Shown here piece after piece: positions 36,501 to 50,800 of a DNA stretch of 64,000 nucleotides. The notes under the pieces were generated by a model. The model saw only the letters and a list, made by a program, of their open reading frames with translations. It was not told the DNA's origin and searched no databases. This DNA is from Phoronis australis (Eukaryota; Animalia; Phoronida). Within the stretch, counting starts at the first letter, position 1, and each line of letters opens with the position of its first letter. The stretch spans positions 72,441-136,440 of the forward strand of contig NMRA01000558.1 in the NCBI GenBank assembly GCA_002633005.1, written 5' to 3'. A program made the position numbers and the translations under genes.

Positions 36501-38439
36501 TGTACATGTATATGATGCCAGACACCTTAAAACATGCACAGGACTGACCCTCGCAATCTCCAGTGGATTATTGAGCTGAATCCATAGAACGGAATTTTGT
36601 TGAACCGGATTTGCCCAGTAAGTGTCTAGGTTTCTTTGGCTCTACCTTAACTGGACGTATCAGATGCTCCCTCTATTGCTTTCCAGAATATAAAGGCTAT
36701 TTTGACATCTTCAAAGGATCTTGGACCTATGGTACAAAATACGATTACACCAGTGTTATGCATTATACTGCTTACGCCGGAAGTAAGAACAGGCGGATGA
36801 CCATGACACCCAAAGATGGCACTGATCCTAATGTAATGGGAAACGCAAAAGATCTGTCAATTGCCGACATATATAGAATCAAAGTGATGTATAATTGTGA
36901 TGGGCTCAAACAGTATGAACTACGACTAAAATACAATCCAGGTAAAGTCAATTTCTTGCTCGGAAGGACCATTAATTTAATCACCTCAGAAACATCTGGA
37001 ACTGATATACTGGGACCGAGAATCTTTGTCTCAAGCTGTTGACGATTTGATATAATTTCGTGAACGGTGATTACACACGTACTCTCATGTTACATCGAGC
37101 GTTTGAAGTTTTTAAATGTTGCCTTAGTTGACGGCAGTCAACAGGATTATTTACTGGCCCGTTATTTTGACTTTTCAGGCTAGCAAGTGATAATACTATT
37201 ACATATACACAATAATAATTCCTTCATAACTACAGGCGTACTTGGATTTGGTTGTCATGTCAATCATTGGGTTAACTTAACACCAAAAGACCAGCTCCAA
37301 ATGACATCTTGCAATTCTGATGATTTAAACTGTAGATCCTAAATGCGTTGATAAGGATGCCAACTGCCACATGTGGGCTCGCCAACGATACCCTTCCGAA
37401 TGTGAAAAAAGTCCTGGTTACATGATGAGATATTGCGAAAGAGCGTGTCGGGTTTGTGGTAGGTGCAATTTTTAAATTAAAATTCCTCTTCCGTGAAGTA
37501 AAACACTAATTGATTATATTGTTTACTTGCTACTAATACACTGTACTTGTATAATTAGATGATTGCTAACGCTTCTGTCTTCTGATTGGCTGTGACGCCG
37601 TGCGATACAGTGTATAGAGCGTTATATTTGATCAACCTGGCAGTGGAATGTAGCTTTTCATTAATATCGCTCGGCATCATATGTCGGTGTACCTGAACGG
37701 CCCACGAAGTGAGATGGCAACGTCAGTACATCAACAAGCGAAACAAATCATCATTGGTTGTGTATTAAGTACAGATATGAACAGATCATGAAATTATTGT
37801 TTGCCCAAATTAGAATTTGCAAACATAGAATAGACCGATCCCTCGTGTGCATCAGATTTGGACCTTACGGTGATGAGAGCAGCGTTTCCTCGGTCCATGT
37901 GACCTGATGTCACCCTCGTGATCAGTCCACATCTGTATATTATTTCGAAAACTTTCGAGAATAGTGTCAAATATTTCAGCCTCCTAAACTGGTCATTCTG
38001 AAATATAGATTTTACAATAGGAAGCGTATTTTTTACTATATACATTAGCTCGTCGTCCAACGTTTAATTTTTGTTCTTATTTTTATTTTCATCTGATTCA
38101 AAGCTGCTTTGTACAATTCTAGGTATATTCTGCATCAGTAAAATTGGTATGTATCTCAGGGCTATTGGCTTCGACGCAAAGCAAGATGATTTGATTATAT
38201 ATCGTATAAAAAGATAGTTAACTCAACTTTTTGCAGGTCCCAAGCTCGGTTGTTACACTGTGATTTATTATGCGTCTCCCACCGTATCCAAGGATTCGGC
38301 CAATGCTTGCAAGAGGCACTGCTATATGGAAGGGTACAAATATGCCGGTTTCAAGAATGGCAATTTGTGTTCTTGCTCCGACATGCTTGGACCAAAAACA
38401 AACTCTTGTCGGAACAACCTTGAAGTATTCTTAGTTTAG
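33590..38439 (+). CDS. Astacin-like metalloendopeptidase 3 (signal-pro-astacin-ShK-WSC-like), 363 aa; exons 33590-33655, 33843-33879, 34092-34114, 34417-34498, 35073-35196, 35975-36153, 36687-36941, 37336-37458, 38237-38439
   Basis: GT-AG introns and a 1092-nt open frame. Motifs: signal MLVYIGFLSIAAQVSLA, HEMMHVIGFHHEQTRPDRD, SVMHY, ShK CVDKDANC...CERACRVC, and WSC-like GCY...CKRHC..GYKYAG...CSC. AATAAA at 38544. Confidence 0.93.
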
Positions 38440-38543
38440 ACGTGGTTGCACGTACACAGGGAGCGCTCTGCGACAGATGTTGTCATTATGGTTTGTGTTG
38501 TATTATCGAATGTAGGCTACTGCCTAGTTGTTACGTGAACCCA

Positions 38544-38549
38544 AATAAA
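38544..38549 (+). terminator. Putative polyadenylation signal, astacin 3
   Basis: AATAAA about 105 nt after the stop codon. Confidence 0.6.
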
Positions 38550-41348
38550 GTGTATGAAATTTTGTTTTGTATTTCAACTGAAATTTTATTTCATCTTGAC
38601 AGACAATACATGTACAAGTATGTGAAGTAAGGCTGGGATACATAAACAGATTCATAAAAATCGACAACGCCTTAGGAAAGAAGGGTTTCGGGAGTGGATC
38701 ATTTTGACTGAAAGTTTTTATTGAATCTCAGACTTTATGAAGCTCCAGTTTTTGTATCTCAGCTTGCATGCACACGTATTACAGACGTTTACATGTAGGT
38801 GGAAAGTCGATGGATAGTACTTTACCAATAAAATAAGAAAGTAAAACGCATTATAAACAAATTTAGCTTCTCGTCTGTCCACGTAAAAGCAAACAAAAGA
38901 TTAGCTTATGATTGGACAAAATTTTGAACTGACTAGAGAAGACAGTGAGGACACCTGTGGCTGGCTTCAAGAAACAAGGCCAAACATATTCATTTAATTT
39001 CCTTAACTTTTCTGTACGTGTGCGTTTGTTTGTGTGCTATCACTTTATATTTTATGAGCTTCTCGAAGACTACTGACAGATATATCTGAAAACTGAGCCC
39101 TGGTTTCAGTGAAAATAAATAAGCTTAATCCTTAAATTTTAAATGAAGGGCGTTAAATGAAAATGTGTCTTTTCATTTTGAATAATATTATCATACATGT
39201 AGAGTTTACTTTAGCTGTGTATCCAAGCTAACATTTGATTCACTAATGAACATGAAACAGCATTAGAAATGGCAATAGTTTGCGGAAATCCATCAACAGA
39301 TTGAAATGTTGAGGAACATACATGTAGTTTAGCCCCAATTTGGGACAGTTTCATGCAAACTATCACTGAAGGATCGACCAGTTTAACCACAAAATTTACA
39401 TAACCGTTAACGGTTTAAACAATTATGCGCATTTCGTCAAACATATCGACTTATCGCCACTCAGTATTAAGTGATTGTTGGCCTTACGAAAAACTCTCAG
39501 TTTGCTAGTGTTTGACATTAGGCCCTATAGGTTACCGGGCTTTTAACATGGTCACTACCGAAATGACAAATTGAGCCTTTCTCATAGTTACAGTTTTTTT
39601 TTGCCATGAGCCACGAGTAAGGAAAACGGTGAGGCCAAAGTCGCTTACGTTTGAGAGATCTAAGCAAAAGAAATTCGTTTTGACGAATGGTTTACAACAG
39701 CTAGGCCCTACATCATTTGGTGGCTTGCTGACTGGACCTAATTCTACTGTACAGGCTTCATAACGGAGTGGTGGGGAAGCCGGTGAACCACGCAAAAGAA
39801 CACGAGTTTGAGTAAACGAAACATGTATGTATGTATATGTTGCAGTGCACTCCACAAGATTCGTTATTTTTTTATTTTTTGCTTTCTTGAGTTGTCCGGG
39901 GATGCCAGTGATAGTCCCGATTAAATTTTAGTGACTCTACATGAACTAATTCTCAACCGTGACACACAGCCATTGGCCGGGTCCATGGTGTAGTAAATAC
40001 GTGTACATGTACACATCTCTCTATACATGTACAGTGTAGCTAAAGAAAAAACTCAGGATTTGACAGCATCAACTGGCGTATAAAAGAATTTAAAATGCAT
40101 CTGTCAAAACCAAGCTCTTATGTGTGCAAAAGCGCTCCATGCTAAATGACGTGGTATGGAGGTTGTAAGGCATTGTTTAACTTGCAACATCCTTGCGGCG
40201 GGCGCTATGATTACCTGTGGGGCACTGTCATTGTTTTCCTTTGTAGCGTCTTTGTTGGATATAACAATGCCGGTCGAATGGATATCGTACCTTGGCCGCA
40301 CATCAGCCGATATGCGACCAGCTTACGATCTAGTTTCCCCTGGCCCCCGAGCGGCACCTACGTGTATTGAAAAATGCCGTAAGCTATATCGTGACTGGCG
40401 ACAGCGTGATGAGAGGTCGTAGTGCGAGCCGACGTAAATCAATGGCAATAATGTCAACTACATACAGTGTATAAACGTGCAAAGGACAATGATTGATGCT
40501 TTGTTGACTTCAGCTAACATCAAAACCCGCAAACACAGTAAATAAAATAAGGCCTATCTGACTGATACTCCGGCAGACAGACGGGTCGCCGGAGATTAAA
40601 AGCACTTATTTTTCAACTTACATGTAAGTTAGTCCTCAATATAACCTGTAATGGTTTGAAAAGGTTGTATCTCTCGGGTGTTAATTTGTTACAATAGCTT
40701 CCGACTGCTGTCAAAGCATCGATTTGTATTTTTCGAAAAATCAGCGATCACCGTGCGCAGCAAATATACATGTAAGGGAGGCAACTGGCAAAAAACAATT
40801 AGATATAACCCACATATCAGTAGTGCGGCTACGGTTTATGCGGTTTCAGATCTTGAATTACTTCGTAGAACTGTGACTAACATGTCTTCGTGATGCCCTT
40901 TGGTCTTAAACTAAAGAATTATTTGATGTGACCATCTCACCAACGCACCAGTTTTGCTTTACAGTGAGCCAAAAAAACACAAAAATTAGCTTGGCATGAT
41001 CAGCTTGTATTGTGTTAAAATGGCCCGGCACGTGCAAAAAAATTTGGATGATCAGATTTCGATATGTGCTTCACCCTGGTCTTAATGGACTCACAAGGTG
41101 CCTTTGTTATCGCGCCAAGCTGCCTGCAGACATCATCCTTACGCATTATGCAAGTTTCATGAGAAACGCAATTTGTCGACTTCAGTGGGCGACGAGAAAA
41201 GATAAGACGGATAACAAACACTGTCAGTGTTATACGGTGCGTATGTGCATCAATAGAACACGTTCCAAATTTCATCCCGGTAATTCATCGCCTTTTCACA
41301 TCATGTGCATTTTAAAAAGATATTGATACACTGGTAATTTTCAACTTC

Positions 41349-41432
41349 ATGCACGTGCTTGTATAATGCAGAAAATATGCACGCGCTTGCATAATACAAA
41401 AATCATGCAAGCGCTTGTATAATGCAGAAATT
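41349..41432. repeat. Minisatellite, 3 x 28 bp
   Basis: atgcacgtgcttgtataatgcagaaaat / atgcacgcgcttgcataatacaaaaatc / atgcaagcgcttgtataatgcagaaatt. Confidence 0.8.
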
Positions 41433-41819
41433 ACGCATATGTGTTACCAAGTACTTGGCTAGATTAAAACTTATGCATTTCGGTCTGCCATTTTTATAAA
41501 TACATGTAAGTTCACATTTCAAGTGGCAAATTATCTAGAACTTGGTCTTCAAGTCGCTATAAAGCGGATGTTCAAATAAAAAAAGAATTTCTTGTATAAC
41601 GTATGGATCACAAGCAGTACATAATCAACTGAACAACGTTCATTTAACCCAATCCATCTAATTTCTATCATTTTAAAACCTTCCACTAGGGCCGCATGTG
41701 TCTCTAAGTATGACTATCGTCAAGTGGGGAGTGAACCCCCTTTTCGGTGTCTACGATTCTTTTAAAAGCGCCAATGTTTAGTTAGTTAACGAGTGCTCAG
41801 TCAACAGGAAGCAGAGAGC

Positions 41820-44800
41820 ATGGGGCCTCGTATCAAGCAGATCTGCATGACTTTGGTCATAACTGTACTCCAGCTTTGCCTGGCGGTGCAGGCATCTCAG
41901 GTAATTGTTTTTATTTCTCGTTCTTTCTCTTCCCTGTCATAGGTCATCCAGCGTCAAACTCCGCCAAGCACTGTCATATTTGAACCCTTGTCATTTCCAT
42001 TCTAAATGCTAACTGGTTTTGATGTACATTTGTACGTTGGCCTGTAATGTGTCATATGATGACCAGTTAGAGTAAAACAAAACTGCTATAACACAGGCAG
42101 CCAGCTGCTCAAGGGCGTGTTGAAAGGGACGCCTGATGTCAGCTACTAAATCTTAAATATCTTCAGTTTGAAAGCATAATGAATTCACTTGGCTGTTTCT
42201 ATGACAATGCTTAGTTACAAACACAGTTTTTGCCCGGCCACGAATAGAAATATTGGTCCGTTTTTTGTTTGAAATCACTCAGCTTCATCCCGACAGTTCT
42301 CATCCAGAATTCTTTGGTGGCAACGTAATAGAGGACACTAATTGCAAGACTCATGTTTAATTTTCATGTTCGAATGTTGTAACTAACCTTCTGAATAAAG
42401 AAATGTTGATTCTTGCTAATTAAAATATGAACGTTTACGTCACAACGCACTGGGCTACTGAGAAGTCGGAACATTTTAATAAAAAACATGAAAGCACGTT
42501 TGTTTCCAAAAGGTTGATATTAACAAAAGTGGTCTACCAGTGCAGCAATGAATGAATCCAATCCCTACATAAGACCAACAGCAACAGGCCGACCGACTCC
42601 TGGCTACTCATTTACACTCAGTGTACCACGGATGCTCATCAGTGCTTTCCCACTAGAGATAAAGCTTTGCTTTTAGCGTAGTCTCGGTGTGTGGGAAAGG
42701 TTAATTCCTGCATTTTAAAATGTTTAAGCGAAACTTCGTTGAAAATAGTAAGCTTTGAAAGCGAAGTTTCGGTTCTAACCGAAACTTCGGTGTCATTGAC
42801 GAGAAAGCTTAGAGCGAAGCTTGTGTGGGGTTATCGGTAGAGGTCGCACCAACAATATACGATCACGCCAGACACGGTGAGACATACTGCCAGCATTGTC
42901 CCCAAGTCTCAATATGGCGCTGATCGGTTTAGCCATTTGAGAATTGGCTACTGGGAATTGAAATGTGTCAGAATTCTAATTCATTTTTACGGAAATCGGC
43001 GGAATACCATGAGTTTTGAAATTTTCTGCAGTTTTATATAAAATGAAAACAACGGTATATTGTTGCAAAAAATGATGTATTTTGGTTCCATTATACAATT
43101 AATGAAAAGAAGTGAAAATGAGTACGCAAACAACCTTTATTTCAAGCAATAATCAAAACAATGCCTTCTGCTTCATGAACAACGCCTGCGAAAATAATTA
43201 AAATCTGCCTATGCTTTAATGACGTCAAGGCTGCGACCAATCATTGCGCAGAAGATACATATGTACATGTAATTCGCATCCATAACTAAGCCTCAAAAGG
43301 CCTAAACTGGTCAGCGCCATCTTGAGGTTTCAGGACGAGGCTCATATACGTCAAGCTAGAGTATTATTTTAATAAACATTGGTAAGTGGCGGGATAACAA
43401 TTTACAGGTAGCTTTGAACCCACAACTCAATATTCGTTTGAGAGTACGAATGAACTGCTTGGCGTTTAGTACGGTGTCTAGCGATAACTTCGATATCGCT
43501 GTCTATTGGGAAAGGTAAGCGAAGTGTCGGCGAAGCTTCCCGTAAACCGAAGTTTCCGTAAGGAGAAATCAATATATGACAGTGAAATCTCAAATGTGAG
43601 GGTAAACTTATCTCTCTGTAATTTTCATATGTAATCTACCACAAACAAAATCACCCAAGGCTAGAAGTTTTATGACTTGTTTTTTTATTACAGTTTATAA
43701 GCTAAAGTGCCGTTTGGCCACGCACCGACATTAATGTAGTCGTCCTAACCAGTTCGTGATCACTATCAACAACCATGGTGATGAAAGCCTGTGATGCGGC
43801 TCCTTGCCAATGAGCTTCTGGCGCAATACACTGGCCATTCCTCATACATGTATTTCAGACGTTTTCAACAACCGTTTTGTGTAATAGAAAAGGATGTTAT
43901 CGACAATGATAATTCCGTTGGACGGAGTCATTTATTCACATCTCGTGCTGTTTATTTCAGAAACTTCCGGACGTAAAAGACCAAGCGAGGACACCAGACT
44001 GTGAGTGCAGATGTCAACAAATTTTATTAATATGGTCATAAACCTTGCACATTTGATATTTAAGTACTGGTGAATGTTTTACATGTATTTATTTTCATCT
44101 CGTCATTTTGGAATGGAACCCTAGCTACTAATCATCGATTTTAAGCATGTTTAACACTTCCCGAGTTTGAAGCTCAAACGCAATTCATTCCAGTGAAAAT
44201 TTTCTGTTACTTCGGTTTGATAAGCTTGATACTTTTTGATGTTCAGTCTGTTTCTTTAAATTCCTTTGAAATTTGCATTGGTCATGAAATGAAATATGTT
44301 AATTGATTCTTTACAGTGCTGGATGACATAGTCAGGCCAAAGGTAAGTTGCGCTCACAAATTTCAATTTAGCTGTGGCTTGGACTATCCGAGGTTCTACT
44401 AGATTAATGCAATTCCACTAAAACTTACGTAGCACAATTTTTTGTCTTGTTCAATCAGGACATCTAATCTCAAATTGAACCAAGGATGCGCTCCATAGAA
44501 GCAATAATTCTGCGAGTAAAGCTAGGATGAACACGTGATTTTCTTGTGTTACATAACGATACATACTCTGTAGCTGTGACTTGCGTGATCTCGCTTTTGC
44601 GACAAGAAACTGTTCTACGGAAAACAGCTCTGTCACGTCGTATAACGTGGGCGACTCGTAACTGAACAAAACTTAGTAATGCAAACTAGATAAGCCTCAA
44701 TGAATTTTCTTTTCTGACATCACGATACATGCGCGTGCTCTCAGGGGAGGGGTTCTTGGGAGGGGCTCCAACGAGCCCCTCCCCCGGGCTCCAACGAGCC

Positions 44801-47800
44801 CCTCCCCCCTCCTATTTGGCGAAATGGGCAAAAAGGTCCTCCTCCGAAAATCAAAAAAAGAATAAAACGGGACAAAAGTCCATTAAAAAAGACCGGAAGT
44901 ACCTAAATTTGGCGAATGCACAATTCATCGCTGTGAACTTTCACACGTTTTAAGTAAATGGTCCACATTCTCAAAAATTCGAGCCCCCTATTTTTTAGGC
45001 TGGGTGCGCGCATGCGATATCTGATCATTGAGGCATGGAAACAGAACACGCCTTTGTCATATTTGAAATATGCGAGCGCAGTGCAAGTTTTTGTTTTCGT
45101 GTTTTACAAAGAGACTTCTTAAATATTTATCCATTTTATAACTTGTGTGTTATGAACGACCGCTGGACTGGTTGCAAAAAGAAAATATTAATGAACATTT
45201 CAAGGACGAAAGATGAATTGCCAATCGGCTGATGCACTTCCACAGGCCTATTTATTTTGCCTAATATTCCTCGAGCGCATTAAAAATGAATGACAGCCCA
45301 CCTGTGAGGTTGGAGACAAGTCGTATTGAATGCGTACAAGATTTGCGACAGCGTTGTTGGTTGCTTGGCGGAGTTACGGAAGCTCTTTCTGTTCCGGTCT
45401 GTGCATGCGCGAAATCAGCAGTCATAACCGATTAGGCCTACTTGAGTGATAGGTTTATGCTTCGCAAAGTTTCCACAAGGTCATCACTTGAATCATAAAT
45501 TTGGGACTTCCTGGTTGCCGCAGCATAGTAATGGTATCGATTGAAGTCACATACCAGTAATCGCGGTTTTTGTTTCAACAACGTAGTTTCAGAATTCGAT
45601 TATAATTTTTTTGGTGTGTGATTACTGATGTAAACACAGATGGCTTGGCCAGGTTACTTTTTGGTTTGGTGATTTTGAACTCAGGCTTCAAAGACAACAA
45701 AGAACTTTAGGAAAGTGAGCCAAAAAACAGATTTGCCGCGGGATGAAGTTTTAAGCATACCTTTTACAATTACTCTTAGGGATGATGCATATCCGGTGAA
45801 ACCGTGATATAAAAAGCATTGAAAGCTTTACCTAGCAGCAAAAAGCATCAGAAGCAACAGCAGCGGCAGCAGCAGCAACAGCAGTAGCAGCAGCATTTCA
45901 ATAAAAGATCATACCAAACCACAGATGACTATAGATGATCTTTTGGACGTTTAAAGGGAAGTGTTGTTGCTTTAAGAAGAGACGAGATCACAGTAATGGC
46001 TCTTCAGGTGGAGTGATCTTGTTTTTACAAACACGCGTCACATGCGCCAGGTGTATATTTGCACGAGTGTAAATTTTCATTTGCCCAACCTCTGAAGTTG
46101 GTGCAATTATGCACACGAGTGTAGCATTACATCTAGGTGTACTTGCGTTAATGTGTCAAACATACACACCGTACGTAAATATGCACTCGGGTGTAAATGC
46201 CATCATGTGAACGGGGTTTTAAATACATGTACATGAGTAGGCAGGCGAAAACTTGTGAAAATATTATTTTAAAGAAATCTTGGCGAATCCATTTCTTGGA
46301 GATGCTAACGTGAGAGTTATTCATTTTGAATATTGCAAGAACCTTCAGTAAAAATCGTCGGATTCATTACTTTTGAATTACAGACGAAATAAGAACTTTC
46401 ATTCCAATACAGTTTTCAAATGCTCCGCTCATATTAATATGTAAGCGCGCATGCGCTCAAAAAAGTCGGGCTGCAGCATGAAAACAACCATTGTTTAGTT
46501 TCTAACGATGGTCAAAGGAGGCGTGGTTTGCTGTGTGGCGGAGCTGACACATCGTTTTTTTGAAATGTCCAACTAAAGGAAAAATGCTTCGACATCAACA
46601 GAAATTCAAAACTTTGCAAAGAAACCGTAAAATTACTTGGTGAACAGTTTGACTTCTGTTTCAGTGGCAGACAATCACTTTGAATAATGCAGTTCAGTCT
46701 GTCTTGCACGTCTTATTCCACTTTAATGTGTAGCAGAAGCTCTCCAGTGTATCACATTTCTAATTATCAACTCTTTGATTGCAGCCGTCACGTCTGCGCA
46801 GTGGCCTTGCGGATTTCAACAAAGACTGGCCTGGCGGCTATATTCCTTTCGTGTTTGATGGCAGCTTAAGTAGGTGTACCCATTGGATACACTTGATTGA
46901 CTTCGCCGGGTCCACCGGGTCAGTCGGCTTAGACATCTTATTGGTTCGTGGTGACTTCTGGCAAACTGGCCAATCAGAAGTCTAAGTCGTTTGACACGCT
47001 GAAACCGGCGAAGTCAATCAAGTGCATCCGGTTATGTAATGACCTAAGCTTGTGACAATGCCTCTCTCTCCCTAAATAGCTGGAAGTTAACCTAACAATA
47101 TTCTAAATTCGCTGCCCATGTATCGTGTACATAGAATTGTACTAACAACAAATCATCATATGCTTGGATTTTGACTTTGTCGTGATCAGATGACGGCATA
47201 CAGTATATGACCCATCTCACCAAGTATCATTTTACTGACTATTAATCACGTGCTGCTTACGATCCATAGTCACTGCGAATTTCCAGCTACGTTTATGTTA
47301 TATCGTGAAAGTCATTATACTCTCGTTAAGGTTGTGTTCATTTTCATAATATGCTGTAGGGAGTATTCAGCAGTTCCCTCGTTGTAATTCCAGATGCTCA
47401 CGATCGCGCTAAGGTACAGCGGGCGATGGACCACTATCGAAGAATCACATGTATAAACTGGGTCCAAAGAACCAACCAAAGGCATTACGTTTTGATAAAG
47501 AAACCACCGGATCAAACGTACGTCTGTTAATTCTTATGTGGAATAAAATGTTTCTCACCTAAAATAGTAAGACGTGCATTTATATGGAACGTATTGGTGG
47601 CAGGGTAGATGTCGCTCACCCTAAACGGGTTTGTCTTTACTTATACGACACCTCAAAATATATTTTGAGTCCTCAGCCATGGCAGCACAGCAGGATCAGT
47701 TAAAGGGGCGGCCCCCTAGTATAACTACTCACGTGCAGATGTAGGTGCTTCAATATGCAATGTTTCGGGTACACGTGCATCAGCATGAACCTCAATGAAA

Positions 47801-50800
47801 CCCACAATATCTCACAACGTTTTTTTTCGCGGCTAAGGAAAAACGTTGAGTCATGTCCAATCTCCCGTTCGCGTTACCTGGAATAGCAATGTGCAATTGT
47901 TTTATTCAAAAGTCGTTACTTGTAAGGCCATGTACACGCCGCCGGGACAAAACATTCCGATGGCATCAACAGACCAATATGTAGCAACTGGAAAGCTTAC
48001 GTGATAACTCTAACGCTGTTTTTAAAATTTGAAAAGTACATATTTGCCGCCTTTTTAAATCAGGGCAATTAGGGAAATTAGAGAACAGGGTTTCTTCAGC
48101 AGCGCAGCTGAGCAACACGCATTTACTTAGTCACAGTCTGGCGTAGGCACGCTTAAAGCGTAGGATTGACAAAAAGCCAAATGTTACCTCATGATTTGCG
48201 AGAACTTGCCAAATTTGTGAACCTCTCAGCATAATGTTTTACTTAAAAAGATACCAAGATAGCAACTTACAGATGTAAACTACGACATTAGACTACCTAA
48301 ATCTTTGAAACAAGGCAACGCCTTGCCAATCCTCAAACGTGAGAGCACGTTCCAATAGTGACAAAGTCGGTTCAGTAAGAGTGGTGAACTCCTGCTATTT
48401 ATGGCGATGGCGGAGGAGAAAGGATATTGCTCTACCACAAGATCCAGCTTGAGAAAGTGTTTAACTGTGTAATCCCCCCTTTTGACTATATACATGTAGA
48501 TGTATAATGGGATGGACTAATACTACAAAACAAATTGTAAGTGAAATCACTAGAAGAGGATATAGTATCCTTTATACGAAGTAATAAGAAATTGTCGTTG
48601 AAAGCTAAATCGGCTTTGTCGAAAGCCCAGATATCAAATTGAAATAACTGAAGTGGAAGTCGACAATTGAAGCTGTGTAGTCTAAGATACAAACAGCTGC
48701 CATTGAACATCTCACGGCAATAGCCCTATTTTAGAGTAAACTTAGAGAATAAAGACACAAGTGTGCAGTGTTTAAAAAGACTTCAAGATTGGTTTCAACC
48801 AAAAACACGAACCAAATCTAAGGTCTTTTGGTGACGCTGCAAAATATTACTTCTCTTATCTTCAAACGCGGTTTACAAAACTCTGTTAAATGTATATAGC
48901 CTTTAAACAATTCCCTGATTTTCAAATAGTTACCGCTCTTCCACATATCAATTCTAAGTCAACATTTTCTATTTCAGATGTAACAGCTACGTTGGTAAAC
49001 TTGGTATTGGTAAGCAGGATCTTAATCTCGCCCAATGGTGTCTGGACTCGTTCCCAGCGATATTGCACGAGATGATGCATTGCATCGGATTCGAGCACGA
49101 GCAGTCTAGGCCAGACAGAGATAACCACATCAACATTTACTGGGAGAACATCGGTGAAAGTGAGTGGATCAAGTCTGCTTTTCATTATAATTATAATAGT
49201 TCCAGTTAACTGGATGTTTACGATATTTGTAAGTGAGAGAGGGAAGAAAACCCAATGGTCCGAAGTCATACATGGGGTCGGATGTCTGAATACACTGGTA
49301 AGACTGTGGGGCGTAGGGCAATGAGTCTGATATAACATGCCCGCATTTTGAGAACCAGTTTGATGCCCGTTATTTAGTGGGGGAAACTGGTTCTCAAAAT
49401 TCGGGCGCATTATATCAGACCATTAAGGGGCGTAGGATTATACAGCATTCACATGCTGTTAGATCGAATGCAAATACCCGATTTCAGATCGGTCTTTTTT
49501 ATCATACATGTATTCCCCCAAATTATATGCCATATCTACCCTCGTAACTCCTGGTCACACGAGAGACGAAATAAAGTGGAATGCCGTTGGGATGAAAATT
49601 CTTCGCGAATTCCTGGATATTTAAAGTTTGTTCTAAAATCGTGACTGGACTCTGAAACATTCAAGTCTGTTCTTTGCGGTTGTCCCGATAGTTAGGCACA
49701 TGCTCAAAGACATTCGAAATGTATTCTGACTGCAGTCTCAATATTCTTAACAACTGTATTCGAAATATTGTGATTTGAGAGAAAAATCGAACGACAAGTC
49801 CCTTCAAATCGTGTAAGAATATTCCCAGGAGCACCTCGAATGTGCCGAAATAGGCCTACATCTCGAGTGTATTTCGTTTGATGCTAGAACGTAGTGAGGT
49901 ATTAAAATTGTTCAACTAGATTGCGTCCGAATGCCTTTAGTGTACCTCGACTATCCCTGAAATGAATTTCGAATGCTCCGATTGACCTTCGAATGAGACC
50001 AAGATCTAATTCCCGGCGAAGACCGCAGTCGCTGAAGTGGGGAGTAGAGGCGATAGCCTCGTCCTTGTATCGGTCAACAATAGCTAGGCAAACTCCAGGG
50101 ATGATGAGACTGAAGCTTCCAGGTGTCAGCACAGGTTCTTTCTTCCTTATTTGCCTGACGTATGGTCAAGTCTGGTACTCTGTTTTCCTTGTTTCTGCTC
50201 TTTCACACCTCTTTCAAAGAAGTCTGGCTTGGGAGTTGCAGTGAGTAGAAAAGAAGTATAGTCCGGGGGTCCATACTCTAAAACTGGTGAAAATGATATA
50301 TTCTACATCTACCTCATTATTTGGCTATTCCTGTGAAATTCTTGATACACAGTACAGGGCATTCTGGTTACATTCTAAACGCGTTGATACGCCGTAAAAT
50401 GTAACTATTTCGTAAAATGTAACAATGACGTAAAATGTAACACGTTGATAGGCTTCTCCTAAAATGTAACAAGTTGTTACATTTTAAGAGAGGCCTAGCA
50501 ACATAAAATGTAACAATGACATAAAATGCAACAGTTGTTACATTTTACGAAATTGTTACGTTTTACGGCGTATCAACGCATACAAGAATATTCTTAGCAT
50601 TCGAGCTGTAGTCTCTCAGAAAATTTTTAGACGTTCGAAAATATGTTTGGAAGTTATCCGGGAGCTTCCGTCCAGGAGCATTCTGAATACATGTACATCT
50701 TAGACGAATTTATGCAGCCGTTAGAGGCACATTGCAACTAGACATCGGTTGTTATTCGGACAACAGTCGACCTGCTCTCGCTAGACATTCGAAGCGAAAT

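Noticed and set aside
45834-45895. Poly-Gln/Ala coding exon
   Set aside because: No flanking splice sites or sustained ORF. Treated as an intronic microsatellite.
46508-46575. Possible fourth THAP start (MVKGGVVCCVA...)
   Set aside because: Too short and degenerate, with no FP, W or CS.HF motifs.
48922-49410. 162-aa minus-strand ORF (and similar antisense ORFs at 15600, 28319, 29180, 29344 and 36772)
   Set aside because: These are antisense shadows of astacin exons.
50390-50560. CRISPR-like repeat-spacer array
   Set aside because: Eukaryotic context, 11-bp repeats in both orientations, no unique ~30-nt spacers and no cas genes.
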